A DNA stretch of 47,249 nt. Origin: a virus. Lineage: Duplodnaviria > Caudoviricetes. The notes beneath the pieces are model-generated. The model was not told where the DNA came from. It ran no database searches and worked only from the letters and a program-made list of their open reading frames with translations. Position numbers and translations under genes: made by a program. The stretch is from positions 1 to 47,249 of the IMG/VR virus record IMGVR_UViG_3300008113_000206. The stretch is one strand, 5' to 3'. Shown here piece by piece: positions 27,189 to 37,251 of this stretch; position 1 is the stretch's first letter, and each line of letters starts with the position of its first letter.

Positions 27189-27605
27189 ATGGCAAAATTA
27201 GTACTTTACGACCGAAATCGGGTGGCTTATTGGGTCGCCCAGAGGATAGGCCAAGTAGTACCGTGGGAAGGGTTCAACGCGTTTGGAGTGGAATCGGAAG
27301 GGGAGATCGTTGCAGGAGTTGTAATCCACAATATCAATAGCTCGAACGCCTATTGCCACATAGCGATAGACAAACCGTCCAAGGCAGTATTCGAACTATT
27401 CCGTGTGCTAGCAGACTACTCCTTCCGACAACTAGGACTCAAGCGACTTACCGGGGTGGTGCCGACTGACCGCCCAGACATTATCAAATTTGATAAGAAA
27501 CTTGGGTTTGAAGAAGAATTTGTAATGAAAGACGCCGCCGACAACGCGGACATGATGTTCTTAGTTATCTGGGCTGACAAATGCAGATGGCTACCGAAAG
27601 GATAG
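27189..27605 (+). CDS. GNAT-family acetyltransferase-like protein
   Basis: YSFRQLGLKRLTGVV...IKFDKKLGFEEE pattern; typical podovirus position before the ejection proteins; start ATG 27189. Confidence 0.8.
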   Translation: MAKLVLYDRNRVAYWVAQRIGQVVPWEGFNAFGVESEGEIVAGVVIHNINSSNAYCHIAIDKPSKAVFELFRVLADYSFRQLGLKRLTGVVPTDRPDIIKFDKKLGFEEEFVMKDAADNADMMFLVIWADKCRWLPKG

Positions 27606-27608
27606 GAA

Positions 27609-28643
27609 ATGGGTAAAAATTCCGCCCCACCACCAGACTATCGGCCTATGGCCGAAGCGAGTAAAGAGTCCGCTCAGATCATGGCGGGATTAGGCAAAGA
27701 GCAATTAGGCTTTGCTCGCCAACAATACGCTGAGATGACCCCGCTTCTCCGGCAAATAGCTGATCAGCAGCGCGAGGCGCAAAGTGATCAAATGCAGCAA
27801 GCGAAGGATTACTACCGCTACCAGATGGAGACGTTCAGGCCCATTGAACGAGGGTTGGCGGCGGAAGCTCAACAGTTTGACACTGAAGCCTATCGCAATC
27901 AATTAGCCCAGCAAGCAGCCGCTGACGCTGGCAAAGCCTTTGGATTAACTCAAGCAGCCACCCAGCGCGCGTCAGCCGCCATGGGTATCAATCCTAACTC
28001 TGGCCGCTTTGCCGGTATGCAGCAACAAGGGCAGAACGCTCTGGCCGCGCAGCGCGCCGCCGCGATGACAGGCACCCGCCAACAAGCTCAGCAGATGGGC
28101 TTTGCCCGCAAGCTCGACGTAACAGGTCTTGGGCGTGGTCTGCCCGGAGCATCCGCTGCCGCTTATGGTGGCGCAACAGCTGCTGGTAGCGCTGCTGGTG
28201 GTAACTACATGGCCCCCGGCAATCAGTTCAATGTTGCGTTCGGGCAGGGCGCTGGGCTTATTGGTTCAGGTCGGAACATGCTGCAAAGCGGGCTTGGGAA
28301 TATTCTCAGCACTCAGGGGCAGATGTACGCAGCTGACGCATCTAGACCTGATCTGTTTGGCACAATTATCGGCACCGGCCTTGGCGGTTGGGCTGGCGGC
28401 GGCTTCAAAGGGTTCGGTGGCTCTGATATTCGCCTAAAAGACAATATCGAGAAAGTCGGCGTTGACGCTACTACTGGTCTAAACCTGTACCACTTCAACT
28501 ACAAAGACGACCCAGATACTCGCTGGCAAGGCGTGATGGCGGATGAGGTTGAGAAAGATTACCCTGAAGCGGTGGTGGAAGATCATCGTGGGTACAAACT
28601 GGTTAATTATGGTGCCCTCGGCATCCGCATGATAAAGGTCTGA
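27609..28643 (+). CDS. Ejection/pilot protein with a C-terminal peptidase S74-type chaperone domain
   Basis: MGKNSAPPPDY start, Gln/Ala/Gly-rich helical body, then SDIRLKDNI...GVMADEV...VNY. Confidence 0.8.
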   Translation: MGKNSAPPPDYRPMAEASKESAQIMAGLGKEQLGFARQQYAEMTPLLRQIADQQREAQSDQMQQAKDYYRYQMETFRPIERGLAAEAQQFDTEAYRNQLAQQAAADAGKAFGLTQAATQRASAAMGINPNSGRFAGMQQQGQNALAAQRAAAMTGTRQQAQQMGFARKLDVTGLGRGLPGASAAAYGGATAAGSAAGGNYMAPGNQFNVAFGQGAGLIGSGRNMLQSGLGNILSTQGQMYAADASRPDLFGTIIGTGLGGWAGGGFKGFGGSDIRLKDNIEKVGVDATTGLNLYHFNYKDDPDTRWQGVMADEVEKDYPEAVVEDHRGYKLVNYGALGIRMIKV

Positions 28644-28645
28644 TC

Positions 28646-30424
28646 ATGGCTAACTTTGGGCTTGGACTGGCGCAAGGCTTCTCTATAGGTACGCAATTAG
28701 GCGAGGCGTTGCGCAAGCGTCGTATGCGTGACCAGTTTGAAGAGGCACAAAAAGAGAAGCCCTACGAGCGGTTTACAAAAGGGCTAGGAGAAGAACTTCG
28801 CACAATCTCTGAAACAACGGATGAGACTGGAAATTTGTATCAAGTAAGGCCAACTAAAGAAGGTCTTGGCTACGATGTTTATAAACAGACCAGAGATGAA
28901 AAAGCAGTAGAAGACATGCGGTACGAAGAAGCGTTGCGAAATGCTCGTGATGCTGAAGGTCGCCCTTACTACAACGTAGAGATTAACCCTGATGGTACTC
29001 GTTCAGTCCGCCCTCTTGTATCAACAGAAGGTGGCGGGTTTGCTACACGTAACTTAGCCTCTGAATACCCATACCAAATTCGTGAAAACCAACTAGCAGC
29101 CGACGCAGAGGCTTTGCAACGCGAAGAAGAAATGCTTCGCCCAGTGGTGCAGCCACGGCTTGAGGGATTAACAAGAGAAGAGCTTGTCAGGACAATACGT
29201 CCTGATCAGTACGAGTACCTCGGCAAACAATTTGCTCAAATGCCGACTGAAGCCCAACAACGCTCTGGGCTGATGAACCGCTACGCGCAAATCTTATCTG
29301 AGTACGACCCGATTGAAGGCGAGAAGTTCCGTTCGATGGCACGTGCTGAAGATCGTGCGCAAGAAACATTTGATCTTACTAAACAACTAAGCAAACTACA
29401 AATAGATCAAGCTGCGCGTACCGGTAGGATTGACGCAGAAGTTGATAAGGCAAGCCAAATTGTTCAAGATACACTTGCTACAAATCCTACAGCTACACCA
29501 GCACAGCTTGTAGATGCTGTACGAAAAAACACAAGGCTTCCACCAGATAAATTAAATAGTTTTGTCGCTAGTGTCGCTGGTATCGACGAAGCAGACCTTA
29601 AATTTATGAACAATAGCGTTGAGCGTTCCCTCCGTAAAGTTGGGGGTAGTATTGACGGTCTGCTTAAAGAATTTAACGACAACCCCCTATTTGACCCTAG
29701 CACTAACGTCAACAGGGTTGTCGGCAAAGACGGAAAAGTAACGCTTAACTTTGTCTCTGCTGATGACCCTAATAAAGTTCTTAGCACTTATTCATTCAAA
29801 AACGACCTAGAAGCTAGAGACTTCTTAATCAATAGCGCCAGAAACCCGGGGCAACAAGCCGAGTGGATGAGCAAGATGCGCGCGCAAGAAGCACAAGCTA
29901 GATACTACGAAGGCCGTGCGGATTACTACGAACGAGGTGGTGGGCAACGTGCTGGCCGTGACTACTCTGTGCAAGATAATGCTAGGATCAGCACCGCGTT
30001 AACTGGGCAGCGCAACAGTATTCTTCGACAAATAGCTGACCAAGACGAAATTATTAATGGGATGGGCGACAAAGAAGAAAAAGACAGAGCAAAGAAAGTA
30101 AGACAAGCCTTAGCTGGGCAACTTGATACCATAGACGTTGCCATCGCCGATGTTAACAGCCAGCTAACTGGAAGAGGTGGTTTATCGCGTGGCGGCGGTG
30201 GCGGTACTGAGCCTAAACCTAAAGTTGGGCAGACTTATGTTCTTCCTAATCCAAAAACCGGCGAAGACATGTACGTGCGGCTAAAGGAAGGCGACGGCTC
30301 TAAGGAAGAAGATTGGGAAATACTTGAGTACAAGCGTAGCCGTGGCGGCAAAACAATAAGCGGCCCTATTACTAGGCCGGGAGAAAAGCTGCCAACAGTT
30401 GACGAAGATAAAAAGAAGAAGTGA
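28646..30424 (+). CDS. Internal virion (ejection) protein
   Basis: 592 aa; N-terminal FGLGLAQGF; charged helical body; position between pilot and large proteins. Confidence 0.7.
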   Translation: MANFGLGLAQGFSIGTQLGEALRKRRMRDQFEEAQKEKPYERFTKGLGEELRTISETTDETGNLYQVRPTKEGLGYDVYKQTRDEKAVEDMRYEEALRNARDAEGRPYYNVEINPDGTRSVRPLVSTEGGGFATRNLASEYPYQIRENQLAADAEALQREEEMLRPVVQPRLEGLTREELVRTIRPDQYEYLGKQFAQMPTEAQQRSGLMNRYAQILSEYDPIEGEKFRSMARAEDRAQETFDLTKQLSKLQIDQAARTGRIDAEVDKASQIVQDTLATNPTATPAQLVDAVRKNTRLPPDKLNSFVASVAGIDEADLKFMNNSVERSLRKVGGSIDGLLKEFNDNPLFDPSTNVNRVVGKDGKVTLNFVSADDPNKVLSTYSFKNDLEARDFLINSARNPGQQAEWMSKMRAQEAQARYYEGRADYYERGGGQRAGRDYSVQDNARISTALTGQRNSILRQIADQDEIINGMGDKEEKDRAKKVRQALAGQLDTIDVAIADVNSQLTGRGGLSRGGGGGTEPKPKVGQTYVLPNPKTGEDMYVRLKEGDGSKEEDWEILEYKRSRGGKTISGPITRPGEKLPTVDEDKKKK

Positions 30425-30432
30425 GCGTATAA

Positions 30433-33400
30433 ATGGAACCTATCCGACTATCCCGCGCGCCTTGGATTAAGCCACTAAGGAATGATGAGCTTGAGGATTT
30501 GCGGGTTAGCCCGGATGCGCAGTTAGCGCGGGACCAAGAACGCTTACGTATTATAGAAGAAGAGCAAAATCGCTACGCTGCCACCGACACGCCCGGGCAA
30601 CGTGCTGCTGGGCAAGTAGAAGTTAACCGCGCGCGAGAAGCTGTAGGCGCACCTACAGGAACTTCAGGGCCTATCCGGTTAAATCGTGCGCCTTGGCTTA
30701 GTCCTAAGCGAAAAGGTCTTGCTGATATTTACGCGGAAGAACCCGCCCCACCTCCTGATCAAAAGGGCCCGGGGTTTTTCCGCAGCACAGGTGATCTTGG
30801 TGTCAAAGTACTTGCTGGTATCCCGCAAGCTGGCGCTGCGATTACTGGTCTTGGCACACTCGTACCGGGGATGGATGAATACACCATTCCTGCTACTGAA
30901 CTTTTAGGTAGTTTGTCTCAATCTATTGAGAACGCGTGGCTGTCTGAGCAGCAGCTTAAAAGACAGCGAGAAATGTCCGCTCGGCTCAAAGCTAGCGAAA
31001 ATCAGTCGTTGTTTGGGCAAGCAAAAGAAGCTGCTGGGTACTTGTACGAAAACCCGTACCAGATTGTACCCACTGCGGTTGGCTCTATTCCATCAATGTT
31101 CGCCGGTGGCGCTGTTGGCCGTGGTATGCAACTCGGTGCGCGGGGTCTTGGGCTAACAATGACTCCAGCGGCGGCGGCTGCGTTTGGCGAAGGTTCTGTG
31201 ATCGCCGGTAGTGTCGCTGGTAACATAGCGCAGAAGTCCCCCAATTACATGGACAGGCTATACGCGCTGCCCGCTGGCGCTGCTGGTGCAGCGTTTGGTT
31301 ACTTCGGTGGCCGCTTGATGGGCCGTAGCGACATTGACACTATGATCTCCGCTCGACTAGCGCGGGGAGAATCAGCAGACTTGCTTACCCCAGACATCGG
31401 CACAGTAAGCCGTGTATCACGCGGTATCGTCGGCGAAGGTCTGCTGGAAGAAGCGCCTCAGTCAGCTATTGAGCGTATGGCAGTTAACCTTGGCACCGGC
31501 CAAGACTTAATGACTGGTGTGGGTGGTGAAGCTGTTATAGGTGCTGCTTCTGGTGCGGCTATGGGCGGCGGGTTTGGCTTGCGCCGTCCGGGTGATACCT
31601 ACACCATGCCAGAAGCAAAACAGGCGCTACAGATTATTAGCACCCCCGAAGCACCGGTTGAGTCGAAGATCGCCGCTGCTGACTTTATCCGCCGTATTGA
31701 GATCGGTGAACTTGGCGAACAACAAGCCACACAACGGTTCAACGAATATCTGAACTCGCTGTATGACCAAAAGTTCACCAACGGAGAAATAGAGAAAGAC
31801 CTGCTGACTGGCGAGAACAAGGTACAACCTGCCCCGTTGCAGCAGCCTCCGTTGCAGCAGGTAGAGACTGGTCAGCAAGTCGCCCCCGGCATTTACCAAA
31901 CTGGTCGCGGCCTGTACACCATGGCCCCCGAAGACACCACTGTGTCGATGGGTAGAGAAATACCCCGTGGCCTTGGCGCTCCTGCTGGTCCCGCACAACA
32001 AGTAACTACACAGCGTCCGGTCGAAGGTATCCCGGGCATAACTGTTGACGAATCTGGCGTTTATCGTATCGCCGAACCAGTAGCTCCCGCTAGCGCTCCC
32101 CCGAGCGTTTCCCCGAGTGCGACACCCGCACCGGGGTCTTTTACACCCCCTGCGCCTACACCTGCAAAACGTGGGCGTAAGCCGAAAGCCGCAGCGCCTG
32201 TCACACCGCCCGCTGAAGTCAAGGTCACACGTGGCGATGAGATCAAGACTGCTAACGAGGCTAAGAAAGAACCAGTCAGCGATGAACTGGCTACTGAAAT
32301 CGAAGGCATCATCAACAGACTAAACGCAAGTGTTGCCAGCGAGAAGGGCGAAGCCGCTGGGCGTGTGACGCTGCCGCAAGGGTTATTCAAAGGGCTAGTG
32401 CGCATGCTGCGTAGCCCGAACGATGTAGCACCGATTGTCTACTCAGATACGGGCGCTCAGGCTGACCCACAGCTGACAGCGCGCTACACCGGAACACTCC
32501 GCCAAATGTATGACGCAGCCCAGCGTGTACTGCTAGCTTCTCGTGACCTAGCGTCTGCGCAAGATAACGCGCTGAAGACTGGCAAAGACGTTCCGATGAT
32601 AAAAGCCAAAGCTGGCGCTGAAACTATTGCTATCGGTGTTAGCGGTGGCGAGATGAACGCCGAAGCTCTGATCGCTGTTCTGAAGTCGCGCACACAGAAG
32701 CGTGATAGTAAGCCGGTAAACTCGAAGCGGTTCCGCGAGCTTGCTGCGATGCTGAAGAAAAAGCCAGACTCGCCGTTCTCGCAAAAAGAATACGACACAG
32801 CATTGGACTCGCTGATCTCCCGCGCTTGGCGCGCGTACAAAGACGGTGAATTGGATGTTGCTGAGCAAGCAGGTATTGTTTCCTCCGAGCAGACAAGACC
32901 GTCACGTGAATCAACGAAGGGCGCTAAAACAACGCCGCCTCTGGTCGCAGCTGAGCAAGGCCGTGCGTCTAAGCCGTTCAATCCCGTTACAGTAAAGCAG
33001 CCCAAAGAGACTGATGAAGAGTTTGCCGCTCGGCAGCAGGACGCACTTGACCGCCATAAAGCTCGTGTCGAGGAAGGCAAAGGCATCATTGGCGTACTGA
33101 ACTTCTTCCGTGGACCGAACCAACCAGCGTTCTCCAGTGCACTGGCTACAGCTATTGTGCAAGCTATGCGGCGCAGAGGTCGTCAGCCCAAGATCGAGTG
33201 GATTGCCGACGATGACAAGGTAACTAACCCATCGTACAACCCAGCTACAGACACTATCCGAATCCACAGGACTGCATCCGCTGAAGAGACGCTGCACGAG
33301 GCGCTACACGCTGGTTTGCAATGGTTGGTCTACTCCAATCCTGACGCGCCAGAAGTACAGCGCTTGATGGCATCGCTCGATAAGGTGATGAAGGTTGATC

Positions 33401-36400
33401 TGAATAAGACCAACCTCACCGAGTCGCAGAAAGCTAAGGCTGGCGAAGTTATTGGCGTACTCAGAAATATTTTGAGTCGCAAGGGTAAGGGCAAGGAAAC
33501 CGCCAAGCTAGACGCGGTGCTGGAACTGATGTCGTACGGCAACACGCTGGCTGACTTCAAGGCGCTGCTAAAGCAGATGCCTAGCGCACCCAACGCAGAA
33601 GCCCGCACATGGCGCAACGCTGTTGAGGATTTGTGGAACCGCATCGTAGCCCTGACGCAATCCTTGCTGGGCGTACGCAACACAGTCGCTAACGATGTTC
33701 TCGAAGATACAATCGCCCTGCTTAACAAGGCAGCGACTACCGATCAGCAGATGCCTGACAAACTAAGCGGGTCGATGCTTGACATCGCAACGACTGCGTT
33801 CAAGAAGTGGTTCGGTGGTTCTAAGATTGTTAACGCAGCAGGTAAGCCAAGGCTCATGTACCACGGCACGGCTGCGGACATCTCCGAATTTAGAGCGCAG
33901 CAAGCTGGCGCTATCTTTGTCACTGATGACCCTGAGTTTGCACGTCGGTTTACCGGCTCATCCGAAGCGTTTATGTCGCAACGCCCATCGCAGTTCTTGG
34001 ACGCGCAGGGTATGGAGAATGTTCGCAAAGCCGCGCTGGCTGCGCTGAAAAAAGAAGAAGGTCTGTCGTTCACACAGCGGTTAAAGTTCCGCCGCATGAT
34101 CAATGACCCTAAGTCGAGCGTATACACAGAAGAGATCGACGGCTTACTGGATTTTCCATCCGAAGTGCAGATGGAAGTCTACAGAGCGACCAGAGAAAAC
34201 CTACCGTCTCGCGCCAATATTATCCCTGTGTACGTCCGTGCGGAGAACCCGTTCGACTACCAAAGCTCAGAGCATGTTCAGCGCGTTGTTGAGCGGGTAA
34301 AAGAAATCCGTGGCAGTAAGCGCATCGACGCTAACCTGCTGCAAGACCTGTCCGAAGGGTTGTGGGACCGCATTGAGGATGATGATGTGCAGAGCGCCAT
34401 CAAGTCGCTTGGGTTTGACTCGTTCTACGTTAAAGAGAGCGGTCGCAAGAATCTGGCGGTATATCAACCGAACCAGCTAAAGTCGCAGTTCAACAAAGGC
34501 ACGTTCTCAACTGAGAGCGGCAACATCCTCGAAGCTGCTGTGTCTAGCAACAAGGGCACTGAGAAAGCTGCTGGCATCACAGCCTCAGATTATCGCGGCT
34601 ACACAACCCGCATCGCTCCTGCTGCGCTCAGCACTCGGTTCGCGTTTGACATTATCGGCTGGGATAAGAACGTCGCTGAGCGTGTTTCCAAAGGCACATC
34701 GAAACTTGCAAATATGATTCGCAAGGACTTCCCTGCGGCTGAGCGTTTCCTGATCTACATTAACTCGACGTTCAGTGCTGGTGAGTACACTAAACAGCAG
34801 ATCGAGGATTTCAAAGTTAACAAGAGCGTGGGCTATCAGCAACTGGACCGCCTCGCAAACTTTGTAGCAAACCGCCCAGCGCATGAAGTGCTGGCGCTAA
34901 TGAGCTACATGGACGGTAATAAGAAAGCTCTAGTTACTTTGCCCGACCAAGAAATCCTAAAGCGCACAGCAGACAACGTGCGGGCGTGGTTCGACATGTA
35001 CGTAAGCGAGCTACCAGCTTCGGAGCGTAGCTTCTTCCGCGACAATAAGTTTTCCGAGTCTCTCCTGTATGCGACCCGCAGCGAACAGATTGCGCGTAGC
35101 ACTCTCGGCGCGCAGAAGCTCGCAAGTGTTATGGGTCTGAAGCATCGCACGGAGAAAACTCTCGAAGGCTTCCAAGATTGGATGGCTAAGAACGACGAAG
35201 GCGATCCTATACTCGACGGGCGTTTTTACCAAGTCTTCAAGAAAGATGGTCTGAAGCCCGGAGCTGGCCCTGAGCCTTCTGGCTTTATGTCGGTAAGCGA
35301 GTTTGAGAAGCGTGGTCGGCAGTCGCCTGTGGGTTATCAAGTCGATGCTACTCGTCAGTGGTGGATTTCTGACCACAACGAAAAGAGCGGCTACCGCTTC
35401 TCGGCAAGTATGACTGCCAAGCAAGCCGTTGAAGAGAAGAAGGCTGACCAACTTGCCAACGCCATGCGCAACACCATGTCTGCGCTGGCTGTTAACTACG
35501 CCAGCAAGAAGCTGTTCGAGAACATGGCGGTGTATGGTTACGAAGAAGGCAAGCCGACTGCGACTTCTCTAGCGTTCAACGACATCGACGAGATCAAAGA
35601 CGCAACTGGTCGCACGGTGCGGGAAGATCAGATTCTGCGCGTGTCTGAGGGCATGGCTAAATCGCCAGAGATTATCGGTCTGTACCGCCGCACGGGTACA
35701 TGGGTGCAACTGCCTGACACGCCAACTTACGGCGACCTCGGCGGCAAGATCATTCCGGGTCCGGTGTGGAGTGCGTTGTTAGACATGTCTGACCGTCAGC
35801 CATTGATTCACAATCGTGTGTTCAACAACACGATGCGTTGGTTCAAGAAGTCCAAGACGGTCTACAACCCCGGCACCCACATCACCAACATCGCGTCTAA
35901 CGTCACGCTGGCAATGATGCACGACATCCCAGTCATGACGATTGGTAAAGCTGCGCGCTTGTTCTCGCTGTATGAAGTGTCACCCAATAAGTTAAAAAAG
36001 GCTGAACTTGACCTGATGTCGGCGTTCATGAACTCAGGCGCTATGCTGGGCGACTACTCTAGCGTTGAAGTTAAGCAAGCCCTGTACGAAGCATGGGGTC
36101 AGAACATGGGCGTTGACGGCGAGTCATCGTTGATGAAGCGTATGTCCGCGTTTGCTGGCTACGAGAAGTCGAAGGCACAGAAGCTAGTTCAGCTGGCAGC
36201 TGGTAAAGCTAAAAGGCTGGATGAAATCGCCACCGAGACATACGCTGCCGAAGATAACGTGTTCCGTCTGGCTGCGTTCTTGACCAAAGCTGGCGATCTT
36301 CAGAATCTAGAGGGCACAGCTACTGCAACTCCTGAGCAACTAAAGGCCGCAGGTACGTTTGCCCGCAAGGCGTTCCTAGACTACGACATCGACTCCAAGG

Positions 36401-37251
36401 CGGTCAAAGTTTTACGTCAGTCGGTCCTGCCGTTCATATCGTGGACCTACGCGATCACACCGGTTCTGGCTCGCATGGCGCTGCACCAGCCATGGAAGAT
36501 CGCCAACGTCATCGCTTCTTACTACCTGATCGAAGTCGCGCTGGCTGCTATGGCTGGGGATGATGACGATGAGCTACGTAAAGCTGGTCCTGAGTACATG
36601 CGCGAGCGTATGTTCTTCGGTATGGGCCCACACATGTTTATCCGGTTGCCGTTCGGCGACGCGCAGAACCCTGTGTACTACAAGCTGGGTGACTACGTGC
36701 CGTTCGCGTCGATGACCAAAGGTTTGCCGAATGGTCTGATGGGCCAGTCGTGGGTTCCCGCAGCTGTTACCCCGGGCGGTCCGTATCTGACCGCAGCCGC
36801 TGGCTTGCTGTTCGGCGTAGACCCATACACCGGCAAAGCGATTCACAAGCCTACCGACTCGGAGTGGGACAAGCTGTTTAACTCAGCAAGGTTCGTTCGC
36901 GATCTGGCTTTGCCGCCAGCATTGTCGAGCCGCAACCTAGACAAAGTAAGCGACATCAAAGACGAGAAAGCTGGTGTCACAGGAGCGATGCCTAGCAACC
37001 TAGTTTTTGCTCGTATGCTTGGATTTAAGGCGTATGATTACGATGTCGACGAGTCCATGGTTATCCAAGACAAGGTAGTCAAGGGCATCGAGAAGGACTT
37101 CAAAGCCGCTATGCGTAAGGCTAAGAGGGAAGAGTACAGCAAAGGCTACCCTGACTACGACGCACTCGATGAGGAATTGGAAGTCCTCAGAGAACGTATG
37201 GAGCGCCGGATTGCTGAAGTCCGTGGCGAAGAACTTGACGAGGAAGAATGA
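30433..37251 (+). CDS. Large polyvalent ejection protein (zincin HExxH, ART-like domain, C-terminal LPD-like region)
   Basis: 2272 aa; EETLHEALH; FKKWFGGSKIVNAAGKPRLMYHGT...IFVTDD...PVYVRAENPFD...GFDS...VYQPNQLKS; NPGTHITNI and PFISWTY in the C-terminal part. Confidence 0.85.
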   Translation: MEPIRLSRAPWIKPLRNDELEDLRVSPDAQLARDQERLRIIEEEQNRYAATDTPGQRAAGQVEVNRAREAVGAPTGTSGPIRLNRAPWLSPKRKGLADIYAEEPAPPPDQKGPGFFRSTGDLGVKVLAGIPQAGAAITGLGTLVPGMDEYTIPATELLGSLSQSIENAWLSEQQLKRQREMSARLKASENQSLFGQAKEAAGYLYENPYQIVPTAVGSIPSMFAGGAVGRGMQLGARGLGLTMTPAAAAAFGEGSVIAGSVAGNIAQKSPNYMDRLYALPAGAAGAAFGYFGGRLMGRSDIDTMISARLARGESADLLTPDIGTVSRVSRGIVGEGLLEEAPQSAIERMAVNLGTGQDLMTGVGGEAVIGAASGAAMGGGFGLRRPGDTYTMPEAKQALQIISTPEAPVESKIAAADFIRRIEIGELGEQQATQRFNEYLNSLYDQKFTNGEIEKDLLTGENKVQPAPLQQPPLQQVETGQQVAPGIYQTGRGLYTMAPEDTTVSMGREIPRGLGAPAGPAQQVTTQRPVEGIPGITVDESGVYRIAEPVAPASAPPSVSPSATPAPGSFTPPAPTPAKRGRKPKAAAPVTPPAEVKVTRGDEIKTANEAKKEPVSDELATEIEGIINRLNASVASEKGEAAGRVTLPQGLFKGLVRMLRSPNDVAPIVYSDTGAQADPQLTARYTGTLRQMYDAAQRVLLASRDLASAQDNALKTGKDVPMIKAKAGAETIAIGVSGGEMNAEALIAVLKSRTQKRDSKPVNSKRFRELAAMLKKKPDSPFSQKEYDTALDSLISRAWRAYKDGELDVAEQAGIVSSEQTRPSRESTKGAKTTPPLVAAEQGRASKPFNPVTVKQPKETDEEFAARQQDALDRHKARVEEGKGIIGVLNFFRGPNQPAFSSALATAIVQAMRRRGRQPKIEWIADDDKVTNPSYNPATDTIRIHRTASAEETLHEALHAGLQWLVYSNPDAPEVQRLMASLDKVMKVDLNKTNLTESQKAKAGEVIGVLRNILSRKGKGKETAKLDAVLELMSYGNTLADFKALLKQMPSAPNAEARTWRNAVEDLWNRIVALTQSLLGVRNTVANDVLEDTIALLNKAATTDQQMPDKLSGSMLDIATTAFKKWFGGSKIVNAAGKPRLMYHGTAADISEFRAQQAGAIFVTDDPEFARRFTGSSEAFMSQRPSQFLDAQGMENVRKAALAALKKEEGLSFTQRLKFRRMINDPKSSVYTEEIDGLLDFPSEVQMEVYRATRENLPSRANIIPVYVRAENPFDYQSSEHVQRVVERVKEIRGSKRIDANLLQDLSEGLWDRIEDDDVQSAIKSLGFDSFYVKESGRKNLAVYQPNQLKSQFNKGTFSTESGNILEAAVSSNKGTEKAAGITASDYRGYTTRIAPAALSTRFAFDIIGWDKNVAERVSKGTSKLANMIRKDFPAAERFLIYINSTFSAGEYTKQQIEDFKVNKSVGYQQLDRLANFVANRPAHEVLALMSYMDGNKKALVTLPDQEILKRTADNVRAWFDMYVSELPASERSFFRDNKFSESLLYATRSEQIARSTLGAQKLASVMGLKHRTEKTLEGFQDWMAKNDEGDPILDGRFYQVFKKDGLKPGAGPEPSGFMSVSEFEKRGRQSPVGYQVDATRQWWISDHNEKSGYRFSASMTAKQAVEEKKADQLANAMRNTMSALAVNYASKKLFENMAVYGYEEGKPTATSLAFNDIDEIKDATGRTVREDQILRVSEGMAKSPEIIGLYRRTGTWVQLPDTPTYGDLGGKIIPGPVWSALLDMSDRQPLIHNRVFNNTMRWFKKSKTVYNPGTHITNIASNVTLAMMHDIPVMTIGKAARLFSLYEVSPNKLKKAELDLMSAFMNSGAMLGDYSSVEVKQALYEAWGQNMGVDGESSLMKRMSAFAGYEKSKAQKLVQLAAGKAKRLDEIATETYAAEDNVFRLAAFLTKAGDLQNLEGTATATPEQLKAAGTFARKAFLDYDIDSKAVKVLRQSVLPFISWTYAITPVLARMALHQPWKIANVIASYYLIEVALAAMAGDDDDELRKAGPEYMRERMFFGMGPHMFIRLPFGDAQNPVYYKLGDYVPFASMTKGLPNGLMGQSWVPAAVTPGGPYLTAAAGLLFGVDPYTGKAIHKPTDSEWDKLFNSARFVRDLALPPALSSRNLDKVSDIKDEKAGVTGAMPSNLVFARMLGFKAYDYDVDESMVIQDKVVKGIEKDFKAAMRKAKREEYSKGYPDYDALDEELEVLRERMERRIAEVRGEELDEEE

